From positions 1 through 38,895 of IMG/VR virus record IMGVR_UViG_3300032212_000067: a DNA stretch of 38,895 nucleotides, one strand, 5' to 3'. The stretch comes from a virus. Taxonomy: Duplodnaviria; Caudoviricetes. The position numbers and the translations under genes were made by a program. The notes below the pieces were generated by a model. The model searched no databases and was not told where the DNA came from. It saw only the letters and a program-made list of their open reading frames with translations. Positions 18,620 to 29,175 of this stretch are shown here, piece by piece. How positions within the stretch are numbered: position 1 is the stretch's first letter; each line of letters starts with the position of its first letter.

Positions 18620-21105
18620 AAAAGATATTATTTACAATAACGGTTTTATTATCGGTTTACGCTAAATCTCAAGTTTTAGGTGCTGATATGTTAAACTTAG
18701 GTACAAAAACAACCGCAGAAATGAACGCTATAACTGTTGCTCAAGGGCGGCAAGTAGGTTCTTATGTGGACAATTCAGATACGGGTTCTTTATGGCGTTA
18801 CAACGGCACTGCTTGGGTAGACCAAGCTGTTTCAGGCGGAGGCGGTTCTGATGATGATATAACCGCAGTAAGTTTTGACGGAACTAATTTAACGGTAACA
18901 GAGGGGGCAACTTCCTTTAGCGCTGATATATCTGGTGTTGATACTCAATTAAATCAAACAGAAGTAGGGGCATTTGCCACGGCAGAGGGTTTTATTACAA
19001 CCTACACAGAAACAGACCCAACAGTTAATCAAGCTTTAATAGAAGGGTTTGGATTTGTAACGGGTGCGCATACGGTTAATACTGATGACCAAACAGCAAC
19101 AGAGGTAACGAACACGGCTGTTAATGGTAATACAAACGTTCAAGCTGTATTAGATGACCACGAAACTAGAATAGATGCTTTAGTAGGCGGTGGTTCTGAT
19201 GGAGCAATAACAGACTTAACTTTAAACGGAACAACCTTAGAGGTTACAGGAACGGGAACGGCAGAGAATGTAGATGTAGATTTATCTTCTTTACAAGATG
19301 GATTTGAGGCTAATACAAATGATTTTGTAAGTGCTGGAAATGTATCGGGAACAGACTTAACATTAACCATAGCAAATCAAACAAATCCGGTTATTGATTT
19401 AAGCCCTTTCTTATTAGAAACTAATTCAGCTCTAGTTAAACTTGATGAGGGTAACGGATTTGGTTTTGTAAGAGTTGGAAGAACAGCAAACAATTACGGC
19501 AACGTAGGAGAAAACGCAATTGATTTTAGCACAAGCACAAGTTTTAGTACAACTAATGGCGCTACTGGAAATGAATCTTTTGCTAATGGTGAAAATGTAA
19601 TAGCAAGTGGAGATTCTTCTTTTTCAAACGGTGTAAGCTCAACAGCTTCCGGTACTGGTTCTTTTGCGAATGGATTAAATGCAAACGCAACAGCAAACTA
19701 TGCCCTAGCTCTAGGTTTTGATGTTACGGCCTCTGGAGTTTATTCTTTTGCAAGGGGTGATAATGTAACGTCTGCTGGTCAAAATTCATTTGCTAGTGGT
19801 ACTTATGTTAATTCACCTTCTTACGCAGAATCGACTTTAGGATACAATGCGACAACTTATACACCTGGTTCAGCAACAACTATAGTGAGTACTGATAGAT
19901 TATTTACGTTAGGAAACGGAGCGAGTCCAGGAAGCACAAGCGATGCTTTAATTGTATTAAAAGATGGAACTATTACAGCACCTTCTTTAAGTACGGCAGA
20001 AATAACAACAGCAGGAAATTCGGCATTAATCACTAAAGAGTATGCAGATGCTAACTATAGCGGAGGCGGCTCTACACTAACACAGGAAGAAGTCGAAGAT
20101 TATGTAGGTGGAATGGTAGTTGCTACAAATGACGGTCTAAACTATACAGATGCTTCAGGGGCTTTAACGGTTGATAATTCTGAATTAGACGCTTCAGTTA
20201 TTCCTAATGTTCCTAGTGGAAACTTAACATCACCAACCATACAAGGCGCTTTAAATGAATTACAAAGTGAAGTGGATGCTTTTTCTGTTAGTTCTAATAG
20301 TGATGTATTAACTTTTTCTGATGAAGCAGACGGATATACATTCTTAGCAACTGATTTTGATAGTGGGCGCAAAATGTTTGAAAACTTTAGCGCAACTGAT
20401 GAAGAATACGTATTAGATGATGTTGCATCAGTAGGTGAAAAAGTAGTAATAAGTCAAAAAGGAACGGGTAAAATACAAGTTGCAGAAGGTACGGCTAGTT
20501 TGCCTTTAGGAGAATTTCAAACAAAAGATAATCAAACCCATTTAACACTATACAAGGCTAGTGATAATAACTATTATGTAATTGGTGATTGGGATACTTA
20601 TACAAGCACGCCTGCTGGAAATCCTAACTTATTTGATGGAGGAGCAACAAACCCAGGAGGTTTAGAAGCTAATGGAGTAGGTAACTGGCAGTCTGATGAA
20701 GTTGCTAATACAACTATAGTAGCATCAACAGCTCAAGTAAATGAAGGCACTTATAGTTTAGCAGTAACTCAAAATAGTGAAGGGGCTAATAACGGTGATT
20801 CTCAAGCATCAATAACTCTTGTAGGTGTTGCAGAAGGTACTTATGATTTTAGTATGGATTATTATGTTCCGGTAGGTGTTGATGATTTTAGAATAACAGT
20901 AGACAACCCAGGAACAGGATTAACATATATGGGTAATACAATTAGTGATGGTACTGGAGCTTGGTTAACCAAAACAGGAACGGTTACAATACCACCTGGA
21001 GGACAAGATGTGAGGGTATTTTATAGAGTTTCTAATGTGTATCCAACAGCTAACACATTGCCGGCTACTATTTACGCTGACAACTTAACATTGATTTTGC
21101 AATAA
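18616..21105 (+). CDS. adhesin/fibre-like protein with signal peptide, YadA-like head repeats and C-terminal CBM-like domain
   Basis: MKKILFTITVLLSVYAKS-Q; 14-aa ASGxxSFAxG repeats; NLFDGG...YADNLTL jelly-roll-like end. Confidence 0.65.
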   Translation: MKKILFTITVLLSVYAKSQVLGADMLNLGTKTTAEMNAITVAQGRQVGSYVDNSDTGSLWRYNGTAWVDQAVSGGGGSDDDITAVSFDGTNLTVTEGATSFSADISGVDTQLNQTEVGAFATAEGFITTYTETDPTVNQALIEGFGFVTGAHTVNTDDQTATEVTNTAVNGNTNVQAVLDDHETRIDALVGGGSDGAITDLTLNGTTLEVTGTGTAENVDVDLSSLQDGFEANTNDFVSAGNVSGTDLTLTIANQTNPVIDLSPFLLETNSALVKLDEGNGFGFVRVGRTANNYGNVGENAIDFSTSTSFSTTNGATGNESFANGENVIASGDSSFSNGVSSTASGTGSFANGLNANATANYALALGFDVTASGVYSFARGDNVTSAGQNSFASGTYVNSPSYAESTLGYNATTYTPGSATTIVSTDRLFTLGNGASPGSTSDALIVLKDGTITAPSLSTAEITTAGNSALITKEYADANYSGGGSTLTQEEVEDYVGGMVVATNDGLNYTDASGALTVDNSELDASVIPNVPSGNLTSPTIQGALNELQSEVDAFSVSSNSDVLTFSDEADGYTFLATDFDSGRKMFENFSATDEEYVLDDVASVGEKVVISQKGTGKIQVAEGTASLPLGEFQTKDNQTHLTLYKASDNNYYVIGDWDTYTSTPAGNPNLFDGGATNPGGLEANGVGNWQSDEVANTTIVASTAQVNEGTYSLAVTQNSEGANNGDSQASITLVGVAEGTYDFSMDYYVPVGVDDFRITVDNPGTGLTYMGNTISDGTGAWLTKTGTVTIPPGGQDVRVFYRVSNVYPTANTLPATIYADNLTLILQ

Positions 21106-22920
21106 ATGAAAAAGCTTTTATTCTTATTACTGCCATTTATAGCATTAGCTCAAGCTCCAGAGATTGGAGGGCAAGCCATATTCTACCCTACACAATGGAA
21201 TACTTATACTCAAAGAGTTTTAGATGGGTATACAATACCGGGTAGAAGTTATGATGAGGGCGCAAAGATTATAGCTCAATCTGCAATATTCTACAACGAA
21301 GTAACTGGTGGAAACTTTGCAGAAGCGGGTAGGTGGGGCAACTTTCATAATACAACAGCGAGAATACCAAGAAATAATGGAGATGGTATTTACGAACCCC
21401 ATTCTTACAGGTCTACAGTAACAGGTGGTGAAAGTTGGTATCCTAGAAATACAGAGAACGAAAGCGAGTTAATAAATTACGCTGCTTTAATGATGTTGAT
21501 TTGTCATAAGGCAGATGAAAACTTTGTAGATGGTACTACTTATTCTTTGGTAAATGCTTCAAGAGAGATTACATGGAATGGCTCTTTACAAACCCTTACA
21601 AGTGTTAGAGACCAATTAGCAAGTGTTATACTAGATGAATTAATATGGTTAGCTGATAGCGATTCTCACGACGCCAGTAATGGCGGTTCTTTAGATGGTA
21701 CTTCTACTTACTATGACGGAACAACGAGGCCATCAAGAACAAACGCAACACATGGAACGTTTGAAAGATTCTTTTTTAGCCCCACAAGTCAATTTGATTC
21801 TACAAACGGAGCGAGGACTTCAAGCCCTTGGTGGATTTCATTTGCTAAGTTATCTAAGTTGTCTCATTGCTTTGGTGCATTAAAAGAGGTTTATAGCTCT
21901 AACGCTACGTTTATAGCTAATGAAGATAAAATAGCATACTGGTTTAAAGATTGGGTAGCTTTTGGCTATGAAAATATGAGCTTTGTAATTGATGATACTT
22001 TAGGCTCAACATGGAGAAACTTTAACGACGATTACCAAGGCGGTGGCTCTTTGTTAAGTACTGCCGGAGGATTTCAAGCAGCTTACTATACAAACAATGA
22101 TGGAACGGGAGCGGTATTCCCTCCTTATGGTGGTTTATGGGATTTATTTAACAATAGAGAGAATGACCATTGGGAGTACATACATAACTACGCAACTTAT
22201 TTTGGTGATACTTTCTTGCTTGATTATATGGAAGATTGGTGGAAAGCTCACATGATAACCTATGTAGATGAAAACGGAACTCTAATGGAGTTTTATAGAG
22301 GTGACGGAAACCCTACACATCAATACCCGCATATTATACAGGTACAATTAGCTTCAATGGCTCATGTTCATGGAGTAGCTGCGGTTAATGAGTTCACTAA
22401 TGTTACAGACCCTAGAAAATATTACGACTTTATAACTACTGATGGTAGTGATGATGTATACGCTACAAATCCGGCTTACAATACAACAGATGGTGTAACA
22501 GGAAAAGGCCTAGAAAGTGTATTAAACTTTATTGCTGAAACATGGCAAGCCCCTGCAAATGGAGGATTAAGAAATGCTATTTATTCTCAAGGCGGTAATG
22601 GGTATCCAAGTATAAAAACAAACACAAATAGTATCGCTCCAGGTTTAGGTAATCTTTATTATGATACGGCTTTATTAGAAGCTGCGAATATTAGGGATGG
22701 GAGTTTAGGATTTACAGATGGATATACAGACCACGGAAGCGGAGCGTTTAGCGGTGAATGGGGTCAAGCTTGGTTTATTGCTGGAGCAATGGGGGGACAA
22801 TTAGCCACTTATGATTTAGGAGGAATAGCAGAAACAGACATCGCAGCCTTTGAAGCTGGGGGCGGAGGAACTACCCCTGTCACAAGCAAAAAAAGAGAAG
22901 AGAACGTTACAATTAATTAG
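21106..22920 (+). CDS. secreted-type protein, possible polysaccharide lyase/depolymerase
   Basis: MKKLLFLLLPFIALA-Q signal peptide; aromatic-rich helical core with NNREN and EFYRGD..H.Y; function speculative. Confidence 0.45.
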   Translation: MKKLLFLLLPFIALAQAPEIGGQAIFYPTQWNTYTQRVLDGYTIPGRSYDEGAKIIAQSAIFYNEVTGGNFAEAGRWGNFHNTTARIPRNNGDGIYEPHSYRSTVTGGESWYPRNTENESELINYAALMMLICHKADENFVDGTTYSLVNASREITWNGSLQTLTSVRDQLASVILDELIWLADSDSHDASNGGSLDGTSTYYDGTTRPSRTNATHGTFERFFFSPTSQFDSTNGARTSSPWWISFAKLSKLSHCFGALKEVYSSNATFIANEDKIAYWFKDWVAFGYENMSFVIDDTLGSTWRNFNDDYQGGGSLLSTAGGFQAAYYTNNDGTGAVFPPYGGLWDLFNNRENDHWEYIHNYATYFGDTFLLDYMEDWWKAHMITYVDENGTLMEFYRGDGNPTHQYPHIIQVQLASMAHVHGVAAVNEFTNVTDPRKYYDFITTDGSDDVYATNPAYNTTDGVTGKGLESVLNFIAETWQAPANGGLRNAIYSQGGNGYPSIKTNTNSIAPGLGNLYYDTALLEAANIRDGSLGFTDGYTDHGSGAFSGEWGQAWFIAGAMGGQLATYDLGGIAETDIAAFEAGGGGTTPVTSKKREENVTIN

Positions 22921-22922
22921 AT

Positions 22923-23183
22923 ATGAGTTTTATAGAAAAGTACAAAAGTGGTTTAGCATTATTCATAGGAACAATCTGTTTGTTCGTAGCCTTGTTCTTA
23001 CCAGGAAGATATGCTTTAAGTGCTGAAATGCATAAAGAATTTGATTCGGTTTGGGATGTATGGACTTCTATAAACTGGATATTCCTTGTATTAGGTATAA
23101 TCTTCTTGTGGGGTGAAATAGTAAAGGTAGCTAAGTCAGTAGGTGACGGAGTTGGAAATGTAATTGATAAAAAGACTTCATGA
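22923..23183 (+). CDS. small membrane protein (2 TM; holin candidate)
   Basis: Two hydrophobic segments, charged C-terminus. Confidence 0.55.
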   Translation: MSFIEKYKSGLALFIGTICLFVALFLPGRYALSAEMHKEFDSVWDVWTSINWIFLVLGIIFLWGEIVKVAKSVGDGVGNVIDKKTS

Positions 23184-23398
23184 TGCCTTACAAAGCAATG
23201 ATAGAACCAACAGCGATAACAACAGGCTTAGTGAGTTTAGGGTATTCTTTAACAGCTTCTAATATTCTAGGAGGTATTAGTAGTGTTGTTATTATCATTT
23301 ACTTTTTATCAATGCTCTATTATAAGATAGTTAAACCTTATCACAATGGAAAGTGGGGGTCATATTTTAAATCAATAATAAAAAAGTTTACAAAATGA
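23180..23398 (+). CDS. small membrane protein (holin candidate)
   Basis: Hydrophobic core, basic C-terminus. Confidence 0.55.
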   Translation: MMPYKAMIEPTAITTGLVSLGYSLTASNILGGISSVVIIIYFLSMLYYKIVKPYHNGKWGSYFKSIIKKFTK

Positions 23399-23631
23399 AA
23401 GTAATTAAACAATTTTTCGCAGCAGCAATCGCATTTTTAACTAGCACAGGATTTGCTTATTTAGGATATGGCGGTGGAGCTATAGGTGTTTTTGTGTTTT
23501 TCCCTAAGACATGGTTCTGGGGTTCAATCTTTGGTTTATTCATTGGATTGTTTTGCATGAAAAATGCTGAACTATTAAAGCCTTGGGCTAACAAGCAGAT
23601 TGAGGACATTAAAGATAAATTAGGATTATAA
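23395..23631 (+). CDS. small membrane protein
   Basis: 2-3 hydrophobic segments. Confidence 0.55.
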   Translation: MKVIKQFFAAAIAFLTSTGFAYLGYGGGAIGVFVFFPKTWFWGSIFGLFIGLFCMKNAELLKPWANKQIEDIKDKLGL

Positions 23632-23970
23632 ATGGCTTGTGCGGCAACATACGATATTACTTGTACTAAAAAAGGAGATACTTGGAAGGGTAGAACCTTC
23701 ACTTATGATAGAGACGGAGTTGTGCAAGATTTAACGGCTTATGCAATAGCTATGCAAGTTAAAACTCCAGGCGGTGAGATATTGCTTGATTTGTCAATAG
23801 GTAGTGGTATTACTTTAACCGATGCTGTTAACGGGGTTTTTACAATAGACCCGGTTATAACGCCTAATGCAACGGGAGTTAATTATTACGATATACAGTT
23901 TACAAACGCTGGCATTGTAAGCACATATGTAGAGGGTAAATTTATTATAAAATCCGATATAACTAGGTGA
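23632..23970 (+). CDS. BppU-N-like baseplate/fibre adaptor domain protein
   Basis: KGDTW...DLTAYAIAMQVK...YYDIQFT...EGKF..KSDIT. Confidence 0.55.
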   Translation: MACAATYDITCTKKGDTWKGRTFTYDRDGVVQDLTAYAIAMQVKTPGGEILLDLSIGSGITLTDAVNGVFTIDPVITPNATGVNYYDIQFTNAGIVSTYVEGKFIIKSDITR

Positions 23971-24197
23971 GCGAAACCGTAAACATAACTGTACAAGAAA
24001 CGGTTGAGAATGTAACCGTAACGGTAAATGAAGTTACTGAAGAAGTTAATATTTCTGTTAGTGAGACAACGGAGCAAGTTAATTTAAATGTAAGCGAAAA
24101 CGCAACCGTAGTTATTCCCCCTTCTTTTGAGCAAAGGGTAAATGATTTGGAAAACGAAGAACATATATTATTTAACACTTTACCATTATTACCATAA
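23967..24197 (+). CDS. low-complexity Val/Glu/Thr repeat protein
   Basis: About 11-aa repeats E.VN(I/V/L).V.E; GTG start; ends LPLLP. Confidence 0.55.
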   Translation: MSETVNITVQETVENVTVTVNEVTEEVNISVSETTEQVNLNVSENATVVIPPSFEQRVNDLENEEHILFNTLPLLP

Positions 24198-24209
24198 AAA
24201 TATTTAGAA

Positions 24210-24743
24210 ATGGCATTACAAAATACAGATTTATTTATTGTTGAGCGTTCAGGCGTTCAATACCAAATGACAGCAAATCAGATAGCTGATTTTGTTGGGG
24301 CAGTTAGAGATTATACAGTTGCTGATATTTCAGCTAGAGACGCATTAACGGGGCTTAGTGTTGGTGACAGGGTTTTTGTTACTGATGCAAGCTCAGAAGC
24401 TGATGTAGATACTGGTTGGGCTATCTATAGATTAGCGTCAACTTCTCCTGATGTATATGAAAAAATACAAGAACAAGAGAGTATGGATATAACGGTATCC
24501 GCTGCAACTAATTTAGGCACAACTATAACCGCTGCAAGTATCACTGTTACTAACGATACAGGTACTGATGCTGTTATTCCTTTAGCCGACGGAACAAATG
24601 CAGGTCTTATGCCTCCAGCCGCTTTTACAGCAATACATGACCCTGCGAGTGCTGGATTAACAGCAGGAACAAACCCGGTCGTAGTAAACGGGGGAACTCA
24701 AGAAGTTACATTTAATATAACACAATTAGACGCTCTACCATAA
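24210..24743 (+). CDS. tail fibre-associated protein
   Basis: VADISARDAL...GDRVFVTDAS and IPLADGTNAGLM fibre motifs. Confidence 0.55.
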   Translation: MALQNTDLFIVERSGVQYQMTANQIADFVGAVRDYTVADISARDALTGLSVGDRVFVTDASSEADVDTGWAIYRLASTSPDVYEKIQEQESMDITVSAATNLGTTITAASITVTNDTGTDAVIPLADGTNAGLMPPAAFTAIHDPASAGLTAGTNPVVVNGGTQEVTFNITQLDALP

Positions 24744-26789
24744 ATGGCAGTACAAAGCACAGATGAATTAGCATTATCAAGATTAGGAATAGTTGGAAAA
24801 GCAACTGCTCAAGAAATTGCAGACTTATCTACAGGTGTTAATTCGTCCTCTCAATCTGAAACTTTTGAAGAATCAGCAGCTCTATCTACAGCAACTGGTT
24901 CTGGTTTTCAGTGGGGTGTTGGTAATGGTGATGAAATAGGGCAAAACGGAGGTGTTCCAATTGCTTTTGATGGCTCAATTAGAAAATTATTCTTGTACAT
25001 AGTAGAAGGAAGCGCAACAGTGGAGCTCTACGTAAATGGAAATGCTTCAGGACAAGTAATTACAGCCTCTGGAGCTAATGACAAAACGGTAATAACTGTT
25101 TCTGTACCCGTTTCGGAAGGGGATTTAATAAACTTTAGAACTACGGTAGCTTCTGGAAACACAAATGGTGGAAATGTTGGTTTTTTAGCTAATGCTACTG
25201 GCGCTCCTGATTCATTTTCTATAAATGAAGCATCAGATGTTGATGTCTCAGGAATATCAAACGGACAAACTATTCAATGGAATCAAACTAATTTAGAATT
25301 TGAAAATGTAGATTTCCCTAATACCGGAGTTGATTCTGATGAAGTTGGGGCAATTGCAGCAGGTTCTACTTTAGGTTTACAACAATCTTTGTTAGCTAAT
25401 GCAGGGCAACCGGGCCTAACCGTATTAGCTGTGGGGCAAACCAATACAGGTAAGGTTCAAGGAACTTCTTTAGGTGATGGTAATGTTATAGAGGTCTATG
25501 CAAATGGCGCAGATTATTCTTCAGGAACTGTTTTGTATCGAGAATTTATGGCTTTGGGTGAGCCTATTGTTTTTACTGGCTTATCTAACGGTTCTATTAT
25601 AACAAGCACACAAGGTTTTTATGGTGTTTCTGAAAATTTTTCAGGCAGTTTAGAATCTCCTATGCCTTTACTTAGTTACGGACTTTCATTTAAAGAGACT
25701 TTTCTATATGCATTTAGAAATTCTCAAACATACAGCACAACACCTGGTCAAGTTAATAATGCTGGTAGGGTAAATGTTGTAAACGGCCCTTTAGCTAGTG
25801 TAGTTAAATTTACTGATGGTACTGGTGTAACGGTACAGGGTCAAGAAAATATAGAGCTAGACCCTTGGGAATTTGTTCAATTAAACACTTCAGGAAATCA
25901 AGAGTATATCGTTTCTAGCACTAACAATGTCATGGCTTGTATCTATGCCGATGATGGGTTCTACGATATGAGGTTAGCAATGCCCTTGACTAATGATGGT
26001 ATCACATGGCCTAGAAGTGGTTTTATATCTGCTCCTTATAATAATACTCAGGTTGAATTTTTTACAAGAGATAATGTAACGGGCTTTATAAACTCAACCG
26101 CAGGTACAGGAGTAAGTCCTGGTAGTCCAATTGATTTTGATGCAGCAGTAGGCGTGGGTACTGGAGCAAGTGATGCTGATTATGAACCAGACGGGGCTAC
26201 AAGAGTTTTAGCAGTAGGCTTAATATCGGCATATTCGGGAGCGGATAGCGCAGGGCTTGAGGCTTCACCGCTTATGCCAACAAGCGCTATGAGTCAAGTT
26301 GTAGCACAACCTCAAAGTATCGATGATAGTGGTGACGGTGGAAATTCGGGCATAGCTATAGCGAGTCCATATGAGGGTACTGCTAAAATTTACGAGTGGA
26401 ATGATGTTACTAAGTCATTAGACCTAGCTTATACGTGTCCACTTACAAGAAACGGAGTAACAATAACGAGCAAACAAGACCAAAATCACCCAGCAGCAGG
26501 TGGAGTTGCGAATGATACGGGATACGTAACTTTAGTTGGAGATTTATCACCAGGCGTAATTATTGCTGATGTGCCTATAACTGTTATTGTACAATCTAAC
26601 GTTTCAAATCAAACAACAATAAGGAGTCAAAACGGAACTACTGCAACTACTATTATTAATGAAGATGACGAAACCCTTATGTTAGGTTGGACACCAGCAA
26701 CGCTAAAAGCGGAAATAACAGAGGGAGCAGATGGAATATTATATAAAAGAGTAATAACAGGAGGAACAGAAAGCTGGGTCGTGGCTTAG
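24744..26789 (+). CDS. large beta-rich tail fibre/receptor-binding candidate
   Basis: 681 aa, G/S/T/N-rich, INEASDVD...NGQTIQWN fibre repeat. Confidence 0.55.
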   Translation: MAVQSTDELALSRLGIVGKATAQEIADLSTGVNSSSQSETFEESAALSTATGSGFQWGVGNGDEIGQNGGVPIAFDGSIRKLFLYIVEGSATVELYVNGNASGQVITASGANDKTVITVSVPVSEGDLINFRTTVASGNTNGGNVGFLANATGAPDSFSINEASDVDVSGISNGQTIQWNQTNLEFENVDFPNTGVDSDEVGAIAAGSTLGLQQSLLANAGQPGLTVLAVGQTNTGKVQGTSLGDGNVIEVYANGADYSSGTVLYREFMALGEPIVFTGLSNGSIITSTQGFYGVSENFSGSLESPMPLLSYGLSFKETFLYAFRNSQTYSTTPGQVNNAGRVNVVNGPLASVVKFTDGTGVTVQGQENIELDPWEFVQLNTSGNQEYIVSSTNNVMACIYADDGFYDMRLAMPLTNDGITWPRSGFISAPYNNTQVEFFTRDNVTGFINSTAGTGVSPGSPIDFDAAVGVGTGASDADYEPDGATRVLAVGLISAYSGADSAGLEASPLMPTSAMSQVVAQPQSIDDSGDGGNSGIAIASPYEGTAKIYEWNDVTKSLDLAYTCPLTRNGVTITSKQDQNHPAAGGVANDTGYVTLVGDLSPGVIIADVPITVIVQSNVSNQTTIRSQNGTTATTIINEDDETLMLGWTPATLKAEITEGADGILYKRVITGGTESWVVA

Positions 26790-26811
26790 TTTCTCACTCA
26801 CAAAATTTAAC

Positions 26812-27207
26812 ATGAGAATATCAGATTTCTGTATAGTTGACAAGCCAACACCATTAGATGTAATTGATAAAATAGAAGAGTTTCATTTACAGCCTTTAAG
26901 GATGGTTAACGCTTGCGCTGATTTTAATGTTTTTGTTTCTGCTAACTCAGGTTACAGACCAAGAGCATATGAGTTAAGCAAAGGGCGAAAAGGAAACTCA
27001 CAACATTGTTTTTACGGCAAGGGAGCGGTAGATGTTACTTGTGAAGACTTTAAGGAAAACAAGGATAAACTATTAGAGGTGCTAATAGAAGAAACTGAAT
27101 ATACAAGATTTGCTATTTATAACACTTTCATACACGTGGATTACGCGCACCAAGTAGAAAACAGGTGGGTATTCAATAGTAGATGGGAGCGAATTAGAGA
27201 AGTATGA
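26812..27207 (+). CDS. peptidase M15A endolysin
   Basis: SGYR, SQH..GKGAVD, FIHVD Zn-ligand motifs. Confidence 0.85.
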   Translation: MRISDFCIVDKPTPLDVIDKIEEFHLQPLRMVNACADFNVFVSANSGYRPRAYELSKGRKGNSQHCFYGKGAVDVTCEDFKENKDKLLEVLIEETEYTRFAIYNTFIHVDYAHQVENRWVFNSRWERIREV

Positions 27208-27437
27208 CACCTTTAGAAGATTCATTCCAAGACATACTATTACCGGAAAACTTCATCAATAACTTTACAGATGAAGAACATTTCAAAGAATGGTGTCGAG
27301 GTGGAATAATCAACGATTTAAAGGAGATGTTAAAAGTATTTGAAGAGCATGAGATGTATGAGTATGCAAGACATATTCAAGATGTAATTGATGAGAAAGT
27401 AAATAAAATGTTAGATGGACTCGGTTTCACAGATTAA
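27204..27437 (+). CDS. hypothetical protein
   Basis: 77 aa, acidic, coupled to the endolysin gene. Confidence 0.55.
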   Translation: MTPLEDSFQDILLPENFINNFTDEEHFKEWCRGGIINDLKEMLKVFEEHEMYEYARHIQDVIDEKVNKMLDGLGFTD

Positions 27438-27648
27438 CAAAATACTAGGTTACAAAACCTATTCAGAAAAAAGAAAAGTGGATGCATTATTAGAAATGGA
27501 TGCCACTAACTACACTAACTTAGGAACTGATTCTACTAAAGAAGAACGGGAACAAGTAAAGAAAAATTCTAAATTAATTTACAAAGCGATTAAAACTGTA
27601 GAGTGGCATTTGGGGGCTGCCTTATTATACGCAATGGACTCTAAATAG
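27415..27648 (+). CDS. hypothetical protein
   Basis: 77-aa ORF in operon. Confidence 0.6.
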   Translation: MDSVSQINKILGYKTYSEKRKVDALLEMDATNYTNLGTDSTKEEREQVKKNSKLIYKAIKTVEWHLGAALLYAMDSK

Positions 27649-27673
27649 AGTTCTCATAAATTATAAATCTCCT

Positions 27674-28951
27674 ATGGTTAGTTACGATGATTATTTTGAA
27701 GAATTTCTTACCCTTTATGAATCTGACCCTGAAATATCAGGTGATAAAATGGCGGTTTCAAGATTTATTAAACACAAGTACGGAACTGAATTACAAGACA
27801 AATCCGTAAACGCAATTAGAAAAGCCTTATCTGAAAGGCTAGACCGGCACTATGCAGATATTGAGATAGTTGCTGAAAATGTAAAGTTTAAGAAAGAAAA
27901 GCAAAAAGCGCAAGATAAGAACAGAATAGCCAATAAGTCCTTTAGAGAACACGCTAGGTTAGAAAACGCACTACAGGAGTTTTCAAAGGCGCAAAAACAG
28001 GTTTATAAGGATTTTGGGAAAGAGCTTTCTACTATAAAACTAAAACCTACTCTTAAACCAAACAAAGGAGGGACTGGAGTAATGCAGATTACAGACCTTC
28101 ATGGTAACGAGCTTGTCGATTTGCCCCATAACAAATACGATTTTAACGTACTTTCAAAAAGGCTAAGATTATATGTACAAACCTGCTTATTGGATTTTAA
28201 GTTAAAAGGATACAAGGATGTTATAATGCTTTTTACTGGCGACCTTTTAAACTCAGACCGAAGGCTAGACGAATTATTAAATCAAGCCACGAATAGAGCA
28301 AAGGCAACTGGATTAATGCGATATATCATTACTCAAGCAATTATTGAGGTAAGAAACGCAGGGCATAACGTAAAGGTCATATCCGTACTAGGAAACGAAA
28401 GTAGAACAGGTAAAGAAATGCCGTTTAGCAATGAAGGGTTAAGCGATAACTACGATTTAATGATTATGGACGGAGTTAAAGATGTTATAGAGGCATCTGG
28501 TATTTCTGGTATTCAATTTTTAGATATTGATAAAGTAGAATGCGTTGTAAATATAGACGGCAACAAATGGCTAGTAGCTCACAACGTCAATAGGTCAGTA
28601 GATAATCAAAAGAATGCACAATCTGCAATAGGCAGAATGTCATTAAATGACCAAAAAATTAGATTTATAATAGGCGGTCATATACACGCAACTCATGTGA
28701 CGGACATTTCAGCACGTTCAGCCTCTATGGTAGGGGCTAATAGTTATTCTGAAAATGCATTAAACCTAGCGGGCAGGGCTGCTCAAAATTATTATCTATG
28801 TAGAAATGGAAGAATAACAACGGTTGTAGTCGATTTACAAGATGCTGAAGATATAGAAGGTTATGATATTATTCATAAACTAGAAGCTTACAACGCAAAA
28901 AGCGTTTCCAAGCTTAGAACCCCCAAGGTAATACACGAAATAGTAGTATAA
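27674..28951 (+). CDS. calcineurin-like metallophosphoesterase with N-terminal helical region
   Basis: TDLH, GDLL, GNE, AHN, GHIH motifs. Confidence 0.8.
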   Translation: MVSYDDYFEEFLTLYESDPEISGDKMAVSRFIKHKYGTELQDKSVNAIRKALSERLDRHYADIEIVAENVKFKKEKQKAQDKNRIANKSFREHARLENALQEFSKAQKQVYKDFGKELSTIKLKPTLKPNKGGTGVMQITDLHGNELVDLPHNKYDFNVLSKRLRLYVQTCLLDFKLKGYKDVIMLFTGDLLNSDRRLDELLNQATNRAKATGLMRYIITQAIIEVRNAGHNVKVISVLGNESRTGKEMPFSNEGLSDNYDLMIMDGVKDVIEASGISGIQFLDIDKVECVVNIDGNKWLVAHNVNRSVDNQKNAQSAIGRMSLNDQKIRFIIGGHIHATHVTDISARSASMVGANSYSENALNLAGRAAQNYYLCRNGRITTVVVDLQDAEDIEGYDIIHKLEAYNAKSVSKLRTPKVIHEIVV

Positions 28952-28974
28952 GGACTGATATAAAATAACACAAA

Positions 28975-29175
28975 ATGACAGTAAAAATTAAATTAAAAGA
29001 CACAACCACTCCGGTTTTTTACAATGGGGTGTTATCACATTTCTTAGAAGGAAATACATTAGCTCTTCTATTTGAAGACGGCTCTGTTCGTAATTTTCCC
29101 TTTATTCATATATGGTATTATGAGACAAAGCAAGAAAGGCTAAAAACCGAATCCCCAGAAGAGCAAAAACAATAA
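28975..29175 (+). CDS. hypothetical protein
   Basis: 66-aa ORF with an A-rich leader. Confidence 0.5.
   Translation: MTVKIKLKDTTTPVFYNGVLSHFLEGNTLALLFEDGSVRNFPFIHIWYYETKQERLKTESPEEQKQ

Noticed and set aside
10073-24178. Antisense or alternate-frame ORFs (10073, 15803, 19140, 20142, 21220, 21695, 23457, 23886, 23963)
   Set aside because: They overlap well-supported + strand genes and have shadow-like composition
26787-27673. GTT(T)CTCA motif after stop codons at about 26789 and 27650
   Set aside because: Only two short copies in AT-rich DNA; cannot be separated from chance
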